A stretch of DNA of 64,000 nt from the human T2T-CHM13v2.0 reference genome, Homo sapiens. The notes below the pieces were generated by a model. It saw only the letters and a program-made list of their open reading frames with translations, had not been told where the DNA came from and searched no databases. Positions 51,321 to 64,000 of the stretch are shown piece after piece. How positions within the stretch are numbered: position 1 is the first letter of the stretch; each line of letters begins with the position of its first letter. The stretch lies in NCBI RefSeq assembly GCF_009914755.1, contig NC_060929.1, one strand, 5' to 3'. The position numbers were made by a program, and so were the translations under genes.

Positions 51321-54300
51321 CTTAGTAGTTCAACAGCATTGTCCAGCTGCAGTTCCAGCTGCATTGTCACTTGGTCTCCATATGTTCTAGCATTCCATCA
51401 TTACCAGGGCCAGTAGCATGCCAGAGGCTGTTTTCCTAATAGTGTATAACTCTCCACTGCAGATGTTATGGCCTTGCTCCAAAATCCCAGGAGCCTGCTT
51501 TGTGATTCTCTCAATGGTGCTTGCCATAAAACAGATATTGCATTTTTTTTTTTCTAGTACTAATGCCTCCAGTACCATAGGGTCTGCTGGATAGAATGGT
51601 CCAAGTGGCAACACTACTTTCATTGCAGTGCAGGCCTTCTGCAGAGTCTTCTCCTGCTATAGTCTCCACTCAAAGCTAGTAGCCTTCCATGACAATCATA
51701 TATGAGCTGGAATAGTATTTCTAAGCCTCCAGAACACAAAGAAGCCTTCCAGGCACTGTGCTTCCTTCTTCATGATAGGAAATGTAATATGAAGCAAGTA
51801 TGTCTTCTGCTTTGGAGGGGACCACTGGCACCACTGACCAGTGGACCCTAAAAACTATTGAAATGATACAGACTTAAATCTTCATAGGGATTATCTTTAC
51901 CCTCTGGAATACATGAATCTCACCAGGGTCTCCAACATGTGAATGACCTTTTGTCTGTACTTATTGACTAACATGATGTTATTGATATAATGGATCCATA
52001 TGATGTTTTGTGGAATGTCTACCGGATCCAGATCTCTTTGGATAAAATTAGGACAGAGGATAAGATAGGCCACACTGTAAATAAAAATTCTTTTGTATTA
52101 CCTATGTATACAATCAGTTTCTGATACTTTATCTGATTTTGAGGAGGGAAGTAAGGCATTCATTAGATTAGGGGCCATATACCATGTACCTGAGGCCAAT
52201 TAACCTGCTGTAGCAACAAAACCATGTGTGCTTTTGTTGTGATCAGTTGTGATCAGGGTTAACTTTTATTTGGTTGAGCTTATGATACACAGTTATTCTC
52301 CATTATCCATATAGTTTCTGAAGGGTCTAGACAAGTGAATCAAATAGGAATATGACTACTACCCTGCATCGTTTAGATTTTTAAAGGTGGCACAAATGTT
52401 GCTTTTGTTTTACTGTTTAGATTCAAATGTGTGAGTGGACACTTTCAAAGGATTCTACTTGGAATTATACACAAGAACGACTGTTATCCTAAAGGCTAAG
52501 GACCCAATGGGCCCTTATATGTCAGTAATCATTATATATTAAAGGATTGGAGAAATGACCCCTGGGTGAGTCTGTGGACCCAGTGGACCCACTGTATGTC
52601 AGACTTTGGCCAGAATCTTATTTTTAATCTAGCTTCCAAATTCCCCCACTCTACCAGATGCATAATACTGACATTTTTGGTCTTCAGGTATCATAGCCAT
52701 CTTGGACTCTATACCAAAAGTTTTCCAATATCAGGGTATTCCCTTTGACTCAGTATACAATCCCACAAATAATGACTGCAGGTCCCTTGAGGAAGAACTG
52801 GGAAAATTATTACAGTGTTTATATTTACTTGCCATGTTGTTACAGGGCACTTTCCCCTGGGGAACTAGAAATTTTTAGTCAATAGATCATGGGCCTGAAA
52901 ACTAGCTCAGATCCAGAAATGAAGCAAAAAGTTATAAATTTTAATTGGGGAAACTGCTCATTCATTCTTGGCTTCTTTAGATTGTATATGTAGTTCCTTT
53001 GTTGGATTTCCATTTATTTTGCTTCTAGAATGCTGTGATCTCTATTACTCTCTACAGGTGAGGCTCACTTAGCTGCCACTCAGATTTGTTGATCCTTACC
53101 ATAATTATAATCCAGTAACATCTAGTGATTGAGGACACCATCTGCTATTATTTTGGGATTCTATCAACCTCATGCCTATCAATGAGCCAAGTTTTACACA
53201 GCCTTGCCCATTATTATTCTGGCTTACAGAGGACAGCCATCACTGAACTTCTTAGTGATGTTGTTGCCCCCTCTCCAGTGCATTCCTGGTGGCCCCGGTG
53301 AGTGGTGTAACTTCTAAATTATGGTTCCTCCTGTGGAATGTAATACTCTGGTGGGTCTTTGGCCTTATGTAATACTTCTACTCCAGAATGCTCACCTCTC
53401 TGAGCCTTTTTATTCCTTCTGTCTTCATAGTAATTCTGCAACTTAAACTTACTTAGCATGAGCTATTGCTTTTTACAGGCTAGCAGACACCCTGGCAGAG
53501 AGCTTGCACCACCCTCTGAGATTCTTATTAGGGTGGTAAATTCTCCAATCCAAGAGAAAACCAAGTCAATAAAGTCTCTTATACATTCTAACATTCTAGC
53601 CTCCTTAATTTGACATTTTGAAAATCTAGTATGATGGAACATGCTTGCTAGAACTTGCAGCTGGTTTGGAGCATAGTCTTTTTCTTCCTTCATCAGACCT
53701 AGCACTTACCTGGATGGATTATGTTCCTATGTAACTCTCATTAAGGGCCTGTTAGCCAGAAGAGCCAGGAAGTCTTTAAAGGAGCACATTTTTCCTTGTG
53801 AGGGGAAAGTCTTCTGAATTGTCTTCTCAGATGGGGCAAGAGCTGGCTCTTAATGGGGACTGGCGGCCCAATTGCACAAGTTGTGAAGGTTCAGATAAAT
53901 CTTGGGAATCAAATCTTTGGGGATAGCCACCAAACATTCCCATTCCATGTGTCAGATTACTAGGTTTTCCAGACATACATTGATTAAGCATTCAACCATC
54001 TTCAGAATTTGGCGACTGTAATTCTCAAATCTTGGACTTGATTTTCAGTTTTTCTCTGCTGGCATACTTCATGAGATGAGGGCTTCTTTGCAAGCATCAG
54101 AAAATTCTATGTGTCTTCTTATGCTCTCAGCTTTGCAATATCAAATCTGTAACTTAGTAACAACCATCCAATCCTAATATTCATGTATTTGTTATTTTCT
54201 TCATGTATTTCTAACCCTGGGTTATGACATCTTGATACTGAATTCCCTGCCATAGGCAGGACATCCAAGCTCACCATCAATAAACATTTAACAAGTGTAT

Positions 54301-56168
54301 GGCCATATTGTACAAGGGGTCAATTGAACATGACCTGCCATTGGACATAAGAGCTTCACTGTTGTCTGCAATATTATTGAGTCCACAAATTCCATTTTAC
54401 CAGGTGATGTTTTGGATTACTCTTGGTGTCAACTGTCATAATTTGGGTTCTCCAAAAAGCAGACTCTGAGATGGAGCTGGAAATGGGAAAAAAAATACTG
54501 GGGAGTAACACCTGTGAAAGAAATAGGGCACAAATAACATTCCACAAGGGCACTCATCAGCCTCAATACCCACCTGAGAAACTGTCTGCCAGTCCAAAGT
54601 TATACTTTCTGATTAAGCCTAGTTTATCTATTTTTTCATTTGTGAGTTGTGCATTTGCTGTCACATCTAAGAAGATATTTCCAAACCCAAGATTATAAGT
54701 ATTTCCTATGTTATCTTCCAAGAGTTTTATAAATTAACTTTTACATTTAAATATATGACCCATTAGACATTACTTTTGCCTATGATGTTATTAATTATGT
54801 CCAAATTAATGTTTTTGCATTCTCAGTACATTTTGTAGTTATTCGTAAGAACTTTAGGCAAGAAAGAAGGAAGAATTGGGTTGGTCTAAGGCCACCTGAA
54901 AACTGTCCTGCAATATGTCTACTTTAATTTCTTTCAGCAATGCTTCATAGTTTTCAGAGTATAAGTTTTGTGCTTCTTATAAGTGTCTTAAGTATTTTTT
55001 CTTTTTGATAGTATTGCAAGTAAAAGTGTTTTCTTATTTCATTTTTGAATTGTTCAATTTTTGTTGTTCAGATTGCTAGTGTTTTTTTCAGTCTGATGAA
55101 CCCTTTTTGGTTGAAGTGTTACCATCTGATGGATCTCATTTCCTTACTCCAATAAGGTTTTCTCCTTTGCACTCCCCTTTTGCTGTTATTTTTAAATATG
55201 TTACATTTCTATGTTATAAATCAAAAAACACAGTTGTATAATACTGTTTTATTCAATTTATTTTAAGGTCAGTTAAAACAATAAAGAAAAAATATGTATT
55301 TATACTGTCTTATAATTTCATTCACTTACTTTCAGCATGTATAATTTTCTTTTGTACTTATAGTAAAGTTAGTCTGCTAGCAACAAATTCTCCATATTTT
55401 TGTTCATCTGGAAATGCCTTTATTTTGTCTTCCTTTATGAAAAGTAGTTTTACTTGATAAAAGATTCTTGGTTGACAGTTTGGTTTTCTTTCAGCACTTT
55501 GAATATTTCATTACACTGCCTTCTGGCCTCCATCGCTTCTGATGAGAATTTAGCTGTTACTCTTACTTTGCTTTACTTGTATGCTACAAGCTATAATTAT
55601 ATTGCTGCTTTCAATATTTTCTCCTTGTCTTTGGGTTGCAACATTTTTATTATAGTGTACTGAGTACGTATCTCTTTGCATCTATCTTAGATTTTGTTGA
55701 GCTTCTTGAATGTGAAGATTAAGTTTTAACATCAAACTTGGAAAGTTTTCTGCCACTATTTCCTTGAGCATATTTTCTTCTCTATTCTTCCTTCCCTCTC
55801 CTTCTGGTACTCTGCTTACACATGTGTTGGTATACTTAAAGATGTCCCACATTTCTTGTCACTCTGTTTATTTTTCATCATTCTTTTTTTATCCCTGTCC
55901 TTCAAATTGCCAAATCTATTGATCTATCTTAAGTTCATGGACTTTCCTTTTTTCATTTCAAATCTGTGGATCCTGTCTACTGAATTTTTATTGGAGCTAT
56001 TGCACATTTTTCCTACAGAATTACCATGTGATTCTTTTTAAACTTTCTTTTTGACATTCCATATTTAATGAGACATTTCCATGATATCTTTCTTTACTTC
56101 TTTAAAAATTATTTCCTTTAGTTCTTTGAATTTATTCATAATGGCTTCTTTAAAATCTTATTTGTTAA

Positions 56169-57340
56169 TTAACTCAAGCAGGATTAAAGCATTAAATGTA
56201 AAACCCCAAACTTAAAGACCCTGGAAGACAACCTAGGCAATACCATTCAGGACATAGGCAGGGGCAAAGATTTCATAATGAACTCACCAAAGGCAATTGC
56301 AACAAAAGCAAAACTTAACAAATGGGATCTCATTAAACTAAAGAGCTTCTGTACAGCAAAATAAACTATCAACAGAGTAAACAGGCAATCTACAGAATGG
56401 GACAAAAATTTTGCAAACTATGCATCCGACAAAGGTCTAATATCCAGCATCTATAAGTACCTTAAACAAATTTAAAGAAATAAACAACCCCATAAAAAAG
56501 TAGACAGAGGACATAAACAGACACTTCTCAAAAGAAGACATACGAGTGGCCAACAATCATGTGAAAAAAAAGCTCAATATCACTGATCTTTAGAGAAGTG
56601 CAGATCAACAGCACAGTGAGATTCCATCTCACACCAGTCAGAACGGCTATTACTAAAAAGTGAAAAAATAACATTCTGGTGAGGTTGTGAAGAAAAAGGA
56701 ACACTTATACACTATTGGTGGGAGTGTAAATTAGTTCAACCACTGGGGATGATAGTATGGTGATTCCTCAAAGACCTAAAAACAGAAATACCATTCAACA
56801 TAGGAATTCCATTACTGGGTATATACCCAAAGGAATATAAATCATCCTATTAAAAATACATGTGCACATATATGTTCATTGCAACACTCATCAAAATAGC
56901 AAAGACATGGAATCAACTTAATGCTCATCAATGGTAGACTGGATCAGGAAAATGTGGTACATATTCACCACGGAATGCTATGCAGCCATAAAAAAAAATG
57001 AGATTTGGTCCTTTGCAGGGACATGGATGGAGCTGGAGACCATTATCCTTAGCAAACTAATGGAGGAACAGAAAACCAAATACCACATGTTCTCACTTGT
57101 AAGTGGGAGCTAAATGATGAGAACACATGAACACACAGAGGGGACCAACACACACTGGGGCCTATTGAAGGGTGGAGGGTGGGAGGAGGGAAAGAATCAG
57201 GAAAAATAACTAATGAGTACTAGGCTTAATACATGGGTGATGAAATAATCTGCACAACAAACCCCCATGACACAAGCTAACCTATGTAACAAACCTGCAA
57301 ACAAACAAACTTGTATCTCTGAACTTAAAAGTTAAAAAAC
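56169..57340 (+). mobile_element. 5'-truncated L1PA11-13-like 3' end
   Basis: ORF2 C-terminal remnant (56931-57113 ...KYHMFSLVSGS*), 3'UTR like the 30970-37785 element, TSD core TCTTATTTGTTAA (56156-68 / 57677-89). Confidence 0.88.
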
Positions 57341-57350
57341 AGTCTTATTT

Positions 57351-57678
<328 letters not shown>

Positions 57679-60294
57679 TTATTTGTTAAACCAAACATCT
57701 GGTTGCTTTCAGGGGCAGTTTCTCTGGTTGCTTTCAGGGGCAGTTTCTATTGCTCGAGTTTTTCTTCACTGTGTATGGTCATTCTAACCTCAGCTTTGTT
57801 TTTTGCATGTCTTGTAATTTTTGTTGGAAACTCAATATTTTAGATAAGATATTATAATTAAAACAACTCTGTATGCTGATTCCCACCTTCCACTTCAGGT
57901 CTTCCTATTGTTATTCTTTGTTTATTTGTGCAGTTACTTGAATAAACCAGTGCAGTGAAGCCTTCTCCTTCCCCTCACTCACCCACTAAGTGTGAAGTCT
58001 CTGATGTTACTCCACAGAGTGTGCAATTTTAGGCATGCACACAGTCACTCTTGAATGACAGTGGTTTTAGCAAGCCTGTCTTTGTCTCTTTCCTTGATCT
58101 CTCTGTCAGTCTCTGTCTCTGGATCACTCTCAGATGTTGACAGCTAATTACTTCATTTTTAATTTTTTTGGACAATACCTGGGGGAATAAATTGTACCCA
58201 AGTCTGATCAAATTAAGTTGGGTCCTTTTGCAGGAATAGTTTTAGAGGACTGTGTTTGATATTTTTTTCTTACGCTAGAGAACTCTTCTTCACTATCTCC
58301 TCTCTGGTTCTCACTAGTAAACCAGCTGACCTATGGTTTAGCCTATTGCTTTCACGGAGCTACCATCCTAATCTTAATTGTGTACCACCTAAATGTCCAT
58401 GTTTTTGGGAGCACTATTAGCTTGAACTTCCTCCCATTCTGTATTAAATAATGTTAGTTCCTTTGGGAAGTGCATCAGATCTCTTTGTTTTTGTACCTTG
58501 CCTCTCCTCTTTGGCAAAGTCTCTTAACTGCTACTCTGGATTAGGGATGAAGATAATGGCCCACTTCTCTCAGTAACAACCCTTTTTGCAAGCAGGATGC
58601 TGGGTGGATGCAGTCACCTTTTTGTCTTCCTAGCTTGCCTCTTCTGGTGTAAAACCTCTGTCCTATTAGCTAGCTGGAATGAGTACAATCTGGAACAGAG
58701 TATTCTCTGTTTGCCATGACTGAGGTAGAGCCTCCACCCTATGAGTGAGACCTCTGTGGGAGACAGGATCCCTCAACCTCTTGGCCACACTTGCTTTGAA
58801 CTGTAGCATCTGAAGCACAAAGCTGCAGGCGGAAGGAGATAAGAAATTATGATGGTCTTCCCCTACTGGGACATCTTCTTTCCTGGGAGATGAAGAGAAA
58901 AGGAGCCCCATATTCTTGGCCAGATTTACATTGAGCAGGAATTCTGTCTTGTTGAGCTGAGAGAGGCAGAAAGGAGTGAATTATGGCTCAAGTGCACAGA
59001 CTATCACTGCACAGACTATCACTGTTCTCATGGAGACTTGTTAGATATTTTTGAATAAATGTTTCTTCATTTGTTCAATAGTTTTGGACAATTTCAATTT
59101 TAATAAAAGCCTTAAATGGTTGTTGTTTTGTGATGGTTTTGCCAGGGAGAGGGTCTACAGAGCCCCTCATATCACTACTGAAGTGGATCATCCTTAGAAC
59201 TTACCTAATGGAAACTCCATAAATACAACTTACATTTTCCATCTTTCTTGGTTCAAATATATGGTCTATAGTTTAAAAAATAAGAGTAAGGAAAAAATGT
59301 ATATCCTCTAACTCAAAAGGTAACATTTTCCCTTGACTTGATTATCATGATTTAATATTTGCCCTATGGCATAAATATTTTATCATTTTTTTAAATGTGA
59401 AAATATTGATGGTATTTTATGACCTGATAAATAACTACTTTTTAGTAGTAGACAAACTTTAAGTTTTGAGGGGCATCAGAAAAAGAAAACATTTTTTACA
59501 TATTTTTAAGTTTACACAAAACTAGATCTGTCACATATCTGGAAATTAACCTTAAACTGTTCTTTTGCTTTTGATAAAATCCATGTCACTGCTCAATTTT
59601 CTTATTATTATATGAATTCTTAAATATATTTAGTAATAACTTTGATAAGACTTTCTGATATTTAAGATAATGTTGTTATTCAACATATATCCTGCATAAC
59701 TCATTTACTTTTCACCAGAAATGGGAAGTTAGGAAAAATTACAGTAAGATAATGCCAGTTTTCCTAAAACTCACCCTAGCCCTAAGAACATACACACATA
59801 AAAGTGCCATGGTTTATGAAAACAGAAAATTCAGGCAATTTTCTTCTAATGGTCTCATCAAAACACTATCTCTCTGTTTGAAGTATTTGAACATAAAGTG
59901 TCTTTTCATTTAAAATGTGTTTGAATGTACTTTGACTACAACTCACTGAAAAGCCAAAATTTAAACCATATGTTAATAAATATGAATACAGATCACACAG
60001 AGGATATTGCTCATAAGCCAAAATTTGGTGGCCATTTTTACTCCATTTGTTTGCTAAACATGACTTATGACTCCAAATTTGTTCTAATTGCTTAATATAT
60101 TTTGCCAGCTGAAATGACCCAAGGGGAAAAAGATGTATTATGTTTTGTGAACTATGCAATGATGCTATAACTGTAATTATTGTTGTTTCAAAATGGTTTC
60201 ATTATGTCTTATAGGAAAATCCCATTTTTTCAGAGTTAGAATTATATAATTCTAATTAGCAATTTAAAATAATCAATAACTGGTCATGTAAATT

Positions 60295-60432
60295 CGAACA
60301 AGATCTCTCTGAGCCATGGTTTCCTCACGTATAAAACTGGGAAAATTCTACCTAACTGGCATGATTAAGTGTGAGAATATATGTGAAACTGGGCACAGTG
60401 TCTGGTACTTAGTAGGAACTCAATAAAGTTAA
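60295..60432 (+). mobile_element. MIR/L2 3' fragment
   Basis: CTCTGAGCC..GTTTCCTCAC.TATAAAA.TGGG and GCACAGTGTCTGGTACTTAGTAGGAACTCAATAAA. Confidence 0.75.
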
Positions 60433-60715
60433 TCTCTTCTCTCATTTAAGCAAAACAAAAAGCTACTAGTGAAATAAATTTCATTTAAAATCATTGGAAA
60501 TTTTTTTCACATTAAAACTTTCAAAGTTTAGCAATTAAATCATAATTTTGACAGATGGAATTAATATATATGTACTTTTAATTTAATAGCAGAATATGTT
60601 TTCTTCTAGAGAGTTAGGGCAGGTATAAAACAAGAAAATCATAAGGTTGTGTACATTCTATAGATAATTCCAAGGAAAGAGTTTGAAAAATGTTTTGGAC
60701 AACATTTTTGGAGCA

Positions 60716-60745
60716 TTCTTGGAATGCTTGATAGCATTCTTGGAA
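60716..60745. promoter_or_regulatory. Candidate tandem GAS (STAT5-type) motifs
   Basis: TTCTTGGAA at 60716-24 and 60737-45, 12-bp gap; motif match only. Confidence 0.35.
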
Positions 60746-60789
60746 GCACCACAAAATCTGTGTCAAAATGGAGACTTTTCAAAATGGAG

Positions 60790-63040
60790 TAAGTGCTTAT
60801 GAGATCTGGTTGTTTGAAAGTGTGTATCACTTCCCTGTTTACTCTCTCTCTCCTGCTCCACCATGTGAAGACTATGCTTGCTTCCTCTTCACCTTCTGCC
60901 ATAATTGGAAGTTTTCTGAGACCTTTCAAGAAGCAGAAGCCTGTATAGCCTGCAGAACCTTGAGCTGATTAAATTTCTTTTCTTTATAAATTACCCAGTC
61001 TTAGGTATATCTTCATAGCAGTGTGAGAACTGACTAGTACAGAAAATTTGTACCAGAGAAGTGGGGCATTGCTATAAATATACCTGAAAATGTGGAAGCA
61101 ACTTTGGAACTGGGTAACAGGCAGAGGTTGGAACAGTTTAGAGGGCTTATAAGAGGAGGGGAAGATGAGGGAAAGTTCGGAACCTCATAGAGACTTGCTG
61201 AATGGTTTTGACCAAAATGCTGATAGTGCATTAAATGATGCATTATTAGTGGCCAAGCTGATGAAGTCTCAAATGGAGATGAGGAACTTATTGGGAAGTA
61301 GAATAAAGCTTACTCTTGCTAGGCTTTAGCAAAGAGACTGGCAGCCTTGTGGCCCTGCTTTATAGTTCTGTGGAACTCTGAATTTGAAAGAGATGATTTA
61401 GGGTATCTACTAGAAGAAATTTCTAAGCAGCAAACTGTTCAAGATGTGGCCTGGCTGCTTCTAAAATCCAACACTATTTTACATAAACAAAGAAATGACC
61501 TGAAACTGGAAGTTATATTTAAAAGGGAAGCAGAGCATAAAAGTTTGGAAAATGTGAAGCCAGGACATGTGGTAGAGAAGAAAAACCCATTTCAGGGGAG
61601 TAATTCAAGCCAACTGCAAAAATTTGCATAAGCGAAGAGGAGCTGAATGTTAATAGCCAAGACAATGGGGAAAATGCCTCCAAGCCATTTCAGATACCTT
61701 CATGACAGCCCCTCCCATCACAGGCCCAGAAGTCCAGGAGGGAAACATAGTTTTATGGGCCAGACTCTGGGCCTTGCTGCTCTGTGCAGCCTCAGAACAT
61801 GGCGCCCTGTGTCGTAACTGCAGCCATGGCTAAAAGGGGCCAAAGTACAGCTCAGGCCACTGCTCCAGAGGATGCAAGCCAGGAGCTGCCAAGACTTCCA
61901 TGTGGTGGTAAACCCGTGGCTGTGCAGAAGGCAAGAGCTGAGGCTTGGGAGCCTCCGTCTAGATTTTAAAGGATCTATGGAAATGCTTTGATGTCCAGGC
62001 AGAAGTCTGCTCTAGGGGTGGAATCCTCATGGAGAATCTCTACTAAGACACTACAGAGGGGAAATGTGAGTTGGAGCCCCCACACAGAGTCCCCAGTGGG
62101 ACACTGCTTGGTGGAGCTGTTGGAAGAGGGCCACTGTTCTCTAGACTACAGAATGGTAGATCCACCAACAGCTTGCACTGTTTGCCTGGAAAAGTGGCAG
62201 ACACTCAACACCAGCCCTTGAAAGCAGCCAGAAAAGAAGCTGTACTCTGCAAAGCCACAGGGATGGAGCTTCCCAAGGCCATGAGAGCCACCTCTTGCAT
62301 CACTGTCATCTGGATATGAAACATGGAGTCAACGATCATTTTGGAACTTTAAGGTTTAATGACTGCCCTATTGATTTCAGAATTACATGAGGCCTGTGGC
62401 CCTTTCATTTTGACCAATTTCTCCTATTTGGAACAGATGTATTTACCCAATGCCTATACCCCCATTGTATCTAGAAAGTAGCTAACTTGCTTTAGATTTT
62501 ACAGGCTCATAGGCAGACAGTACTTGCCTTATCTCTGATGAAACTTTGGACTTGGACTTTTGAGTTAAAGCTGGAATGAGTTAAGACTTTGGGGGACTGT
62601 TGGGAAGGCATCATTGTGTTTTGAAATATGAGAAGGACATGCGATTTGGGAGTGGCCAGGGGTGGAATAATATGTTTGGCTCTGTGTCCCCACCCAAATC
62701 TCATGTTGAATTGCAATCCACAACGTTGAGTGAAGGACCTGGTGGGAAGTTATTGGATCATGGGGATGGATTTTCCCCTTACTGTTCTTGTGATAGTGGG
62801 TGAGTGTTCATGAGATTTAAAAGTGCTTAGCACTTACCCATTCACTCTCTCCTGTGCCACCATGTAAAGATTGTGCCTGCTTCCCCTTCACCTTTTGCTA
62901 TGATTGTAAGTTTCCTAAGGCCTCCTCAGAACCAGAAGCCCGTACAGCCTGCAAAACTGTGAGCTGATTAAACCTCTTTTCTTTATGAATTACCTAGTCT
63001 CAAGTATGTTGTTATGGAAGTATGAGGACTGACTAATACA
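60790..63040 (+). mobile_element. MaLR provirus (MSTA/THE1D-like): truncated 5'LTR 60790-61041, internal ~1.6 kb, 3'LTR 62668-63040
   Basis: Both LTRs end GACTA(G/A)TACA; internal region starts GAAAATTTGTACCAG and has TGTGGAAGCAACTTTGGAACTGGG; purine-rich tract before the 3'LTR. Confidence 0.9.
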
Positions 63041-63349
63041 GTAGCTATTCATTCAAATACATCTTTCATAATAGAATAAAATTAGCATTAATTTTGAGTT
63101 AAATTATTTGTTTTTGTGGAATTCTACCAAGCTTTCCTTTTCACTCACATCCCAGGGACTTCAAACAAGAGAAATTATTTATTCCTCACTCTTCATGTTC
63201 ATGTTGGGTAAACAGAAGATTCTCGTGCATGTATTTCTCCCTAGGATTCCAGGGAGCAGCACTATCTGGAAAGTTGTATCAGAGGAAAAGCTAGAGCATT
63301 GGTATTGTTATACCTTTACATCTACATAGTCAGTGTTGCTTACAGATAA

Positions 63350-64000
63350 TTTTTTTTTTAATTTTACTTTAAGTTCTGGGACACATGTGCAGAACGTGAA
63401 GGTTTGATACATAGGTATACATGTGCTATGGTAGTTTGCTGCACCTATCAACCCATCATCTAGGTTTTAAGCCACACATGCATTAGGTATTTGTCCTAAT
63501 GCTTTCCCTCCTCCACCACCCAACTGGTCCCGGTATGTGATGTTCTCCTCCTTGTGTCCACATGTTCTCATTGTACAACTCCCACTTATAAGTGAGAACA
63601 TGTAATGTTTGGTTTTCTGTTCCTGTGTTAGTTTGCTGAGAATGATGGCTTCCAGCTTTATCTATGTCTCTGTAAATGACATGAACTCATTCTTTTTCAT
63701 GGCTGCATAGGATTCCATGGCATATATGTGCCACATTTTCTTTATTCAGTCTATCATTGATGGGCATTTGGGTTGGTTCCAAGTCTTTGCTATTGTAAAT
63801 ACTGCTGCAATAAATATACATGTGCATGTGTCTCTATAGTAGAATGATTTATAATCTTTGGGTATGTGCCCAGTAATGGGATTGCTGGGTTAAATGGTAT
63901 TTCAGGTTCCAAATCCTTGAGGAATTGCCACATTGTCTTCCACAATAGTTGAACCAATTTACACTCCCACCAACAGTGTAAAAGTGTTCCTATTTCTCCA
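63350..64000 (-). mobile_element. L1PA7/8-like 3' end (continues beyond window)
   Basis: T tract, TTTTACTTTAAGTTCTGGG..., CTAGGTTTTAAGCC.CACATGCATTAGG, then ORF2 end in antisense. Confidence 0.9.

Larger units (their letters stand above)
48868..54540 (-). mobile_element. Ancient ERVL-class provirus (LTR16 / ERV3-16A3-like): LTR 48868-49322, internal gag/pol remnants, partial second LTR from 54434
   Basis: Two related LTR ends (TGTCACAGGTCAG..CCCAGAATGAGACTCTGAGAT; TGTCATAATTTGGGTTCTCCAAAAAGCAGACTCTGAGATGG); minus-strand LPLGPFYPADPMVLE (ERVL pol LPLGPYDPADPMVLE) and IPQNIIWIHYINNIML (RT YIDD region) at ~51965-52017. Confidence 0.8.

Overview
Human genomic DNA; a human-specific L1HS-Ta1 insertion fixes the species. 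The window is AT-rich, shows no recognisable host gene and is almost all transposable-element debris: roughly 55-60% LINE-1 by my boundary estimates, plus ERV1, ERVL and MaLR LTR elements, three Alus, MIRs and DNA-transposon fossils. All long ORFs in the track are L1/ERV remnants or junction read-throughs. Main structures: (i) a two-LTR MER61A-type provirus (13318-21253, TSD AAAT) interrupted by a very young, 5'-inverted (twin-primed) L1HS-Ta1 whose diagnostic 3'UTR ACA site has a 2-bp deletion; (ii) a ~20-kb nested L1 stack (L1PA16-like host containing THE1, L1PA13-like and L1PB1-like elements, the last containing AluSc and L1PA4); (iii) an ancient ERVL provirus with a dead RT motif; (iv) an MST/THE1 provirus. 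The most unusual signals outside repeat annotation are fold-back/template-switch scars: a homogeneous 8-copy 26-bp minisatellite built from a hairpin unit (24031-24250), a 123-bp inverted templated insertion (3741-4072), a hairpin-containing 39-bp duplication and a rewritten Alu. There is also a tandem STAT5-type GAS pair at 60716-60745. I found no CRISPR, RNA gene or host CDS, and cannot claim a new biological system from sequence alone. Subfamily names come from my recall of consensus sequences and need RepeatMasker/Dfam confirmation.
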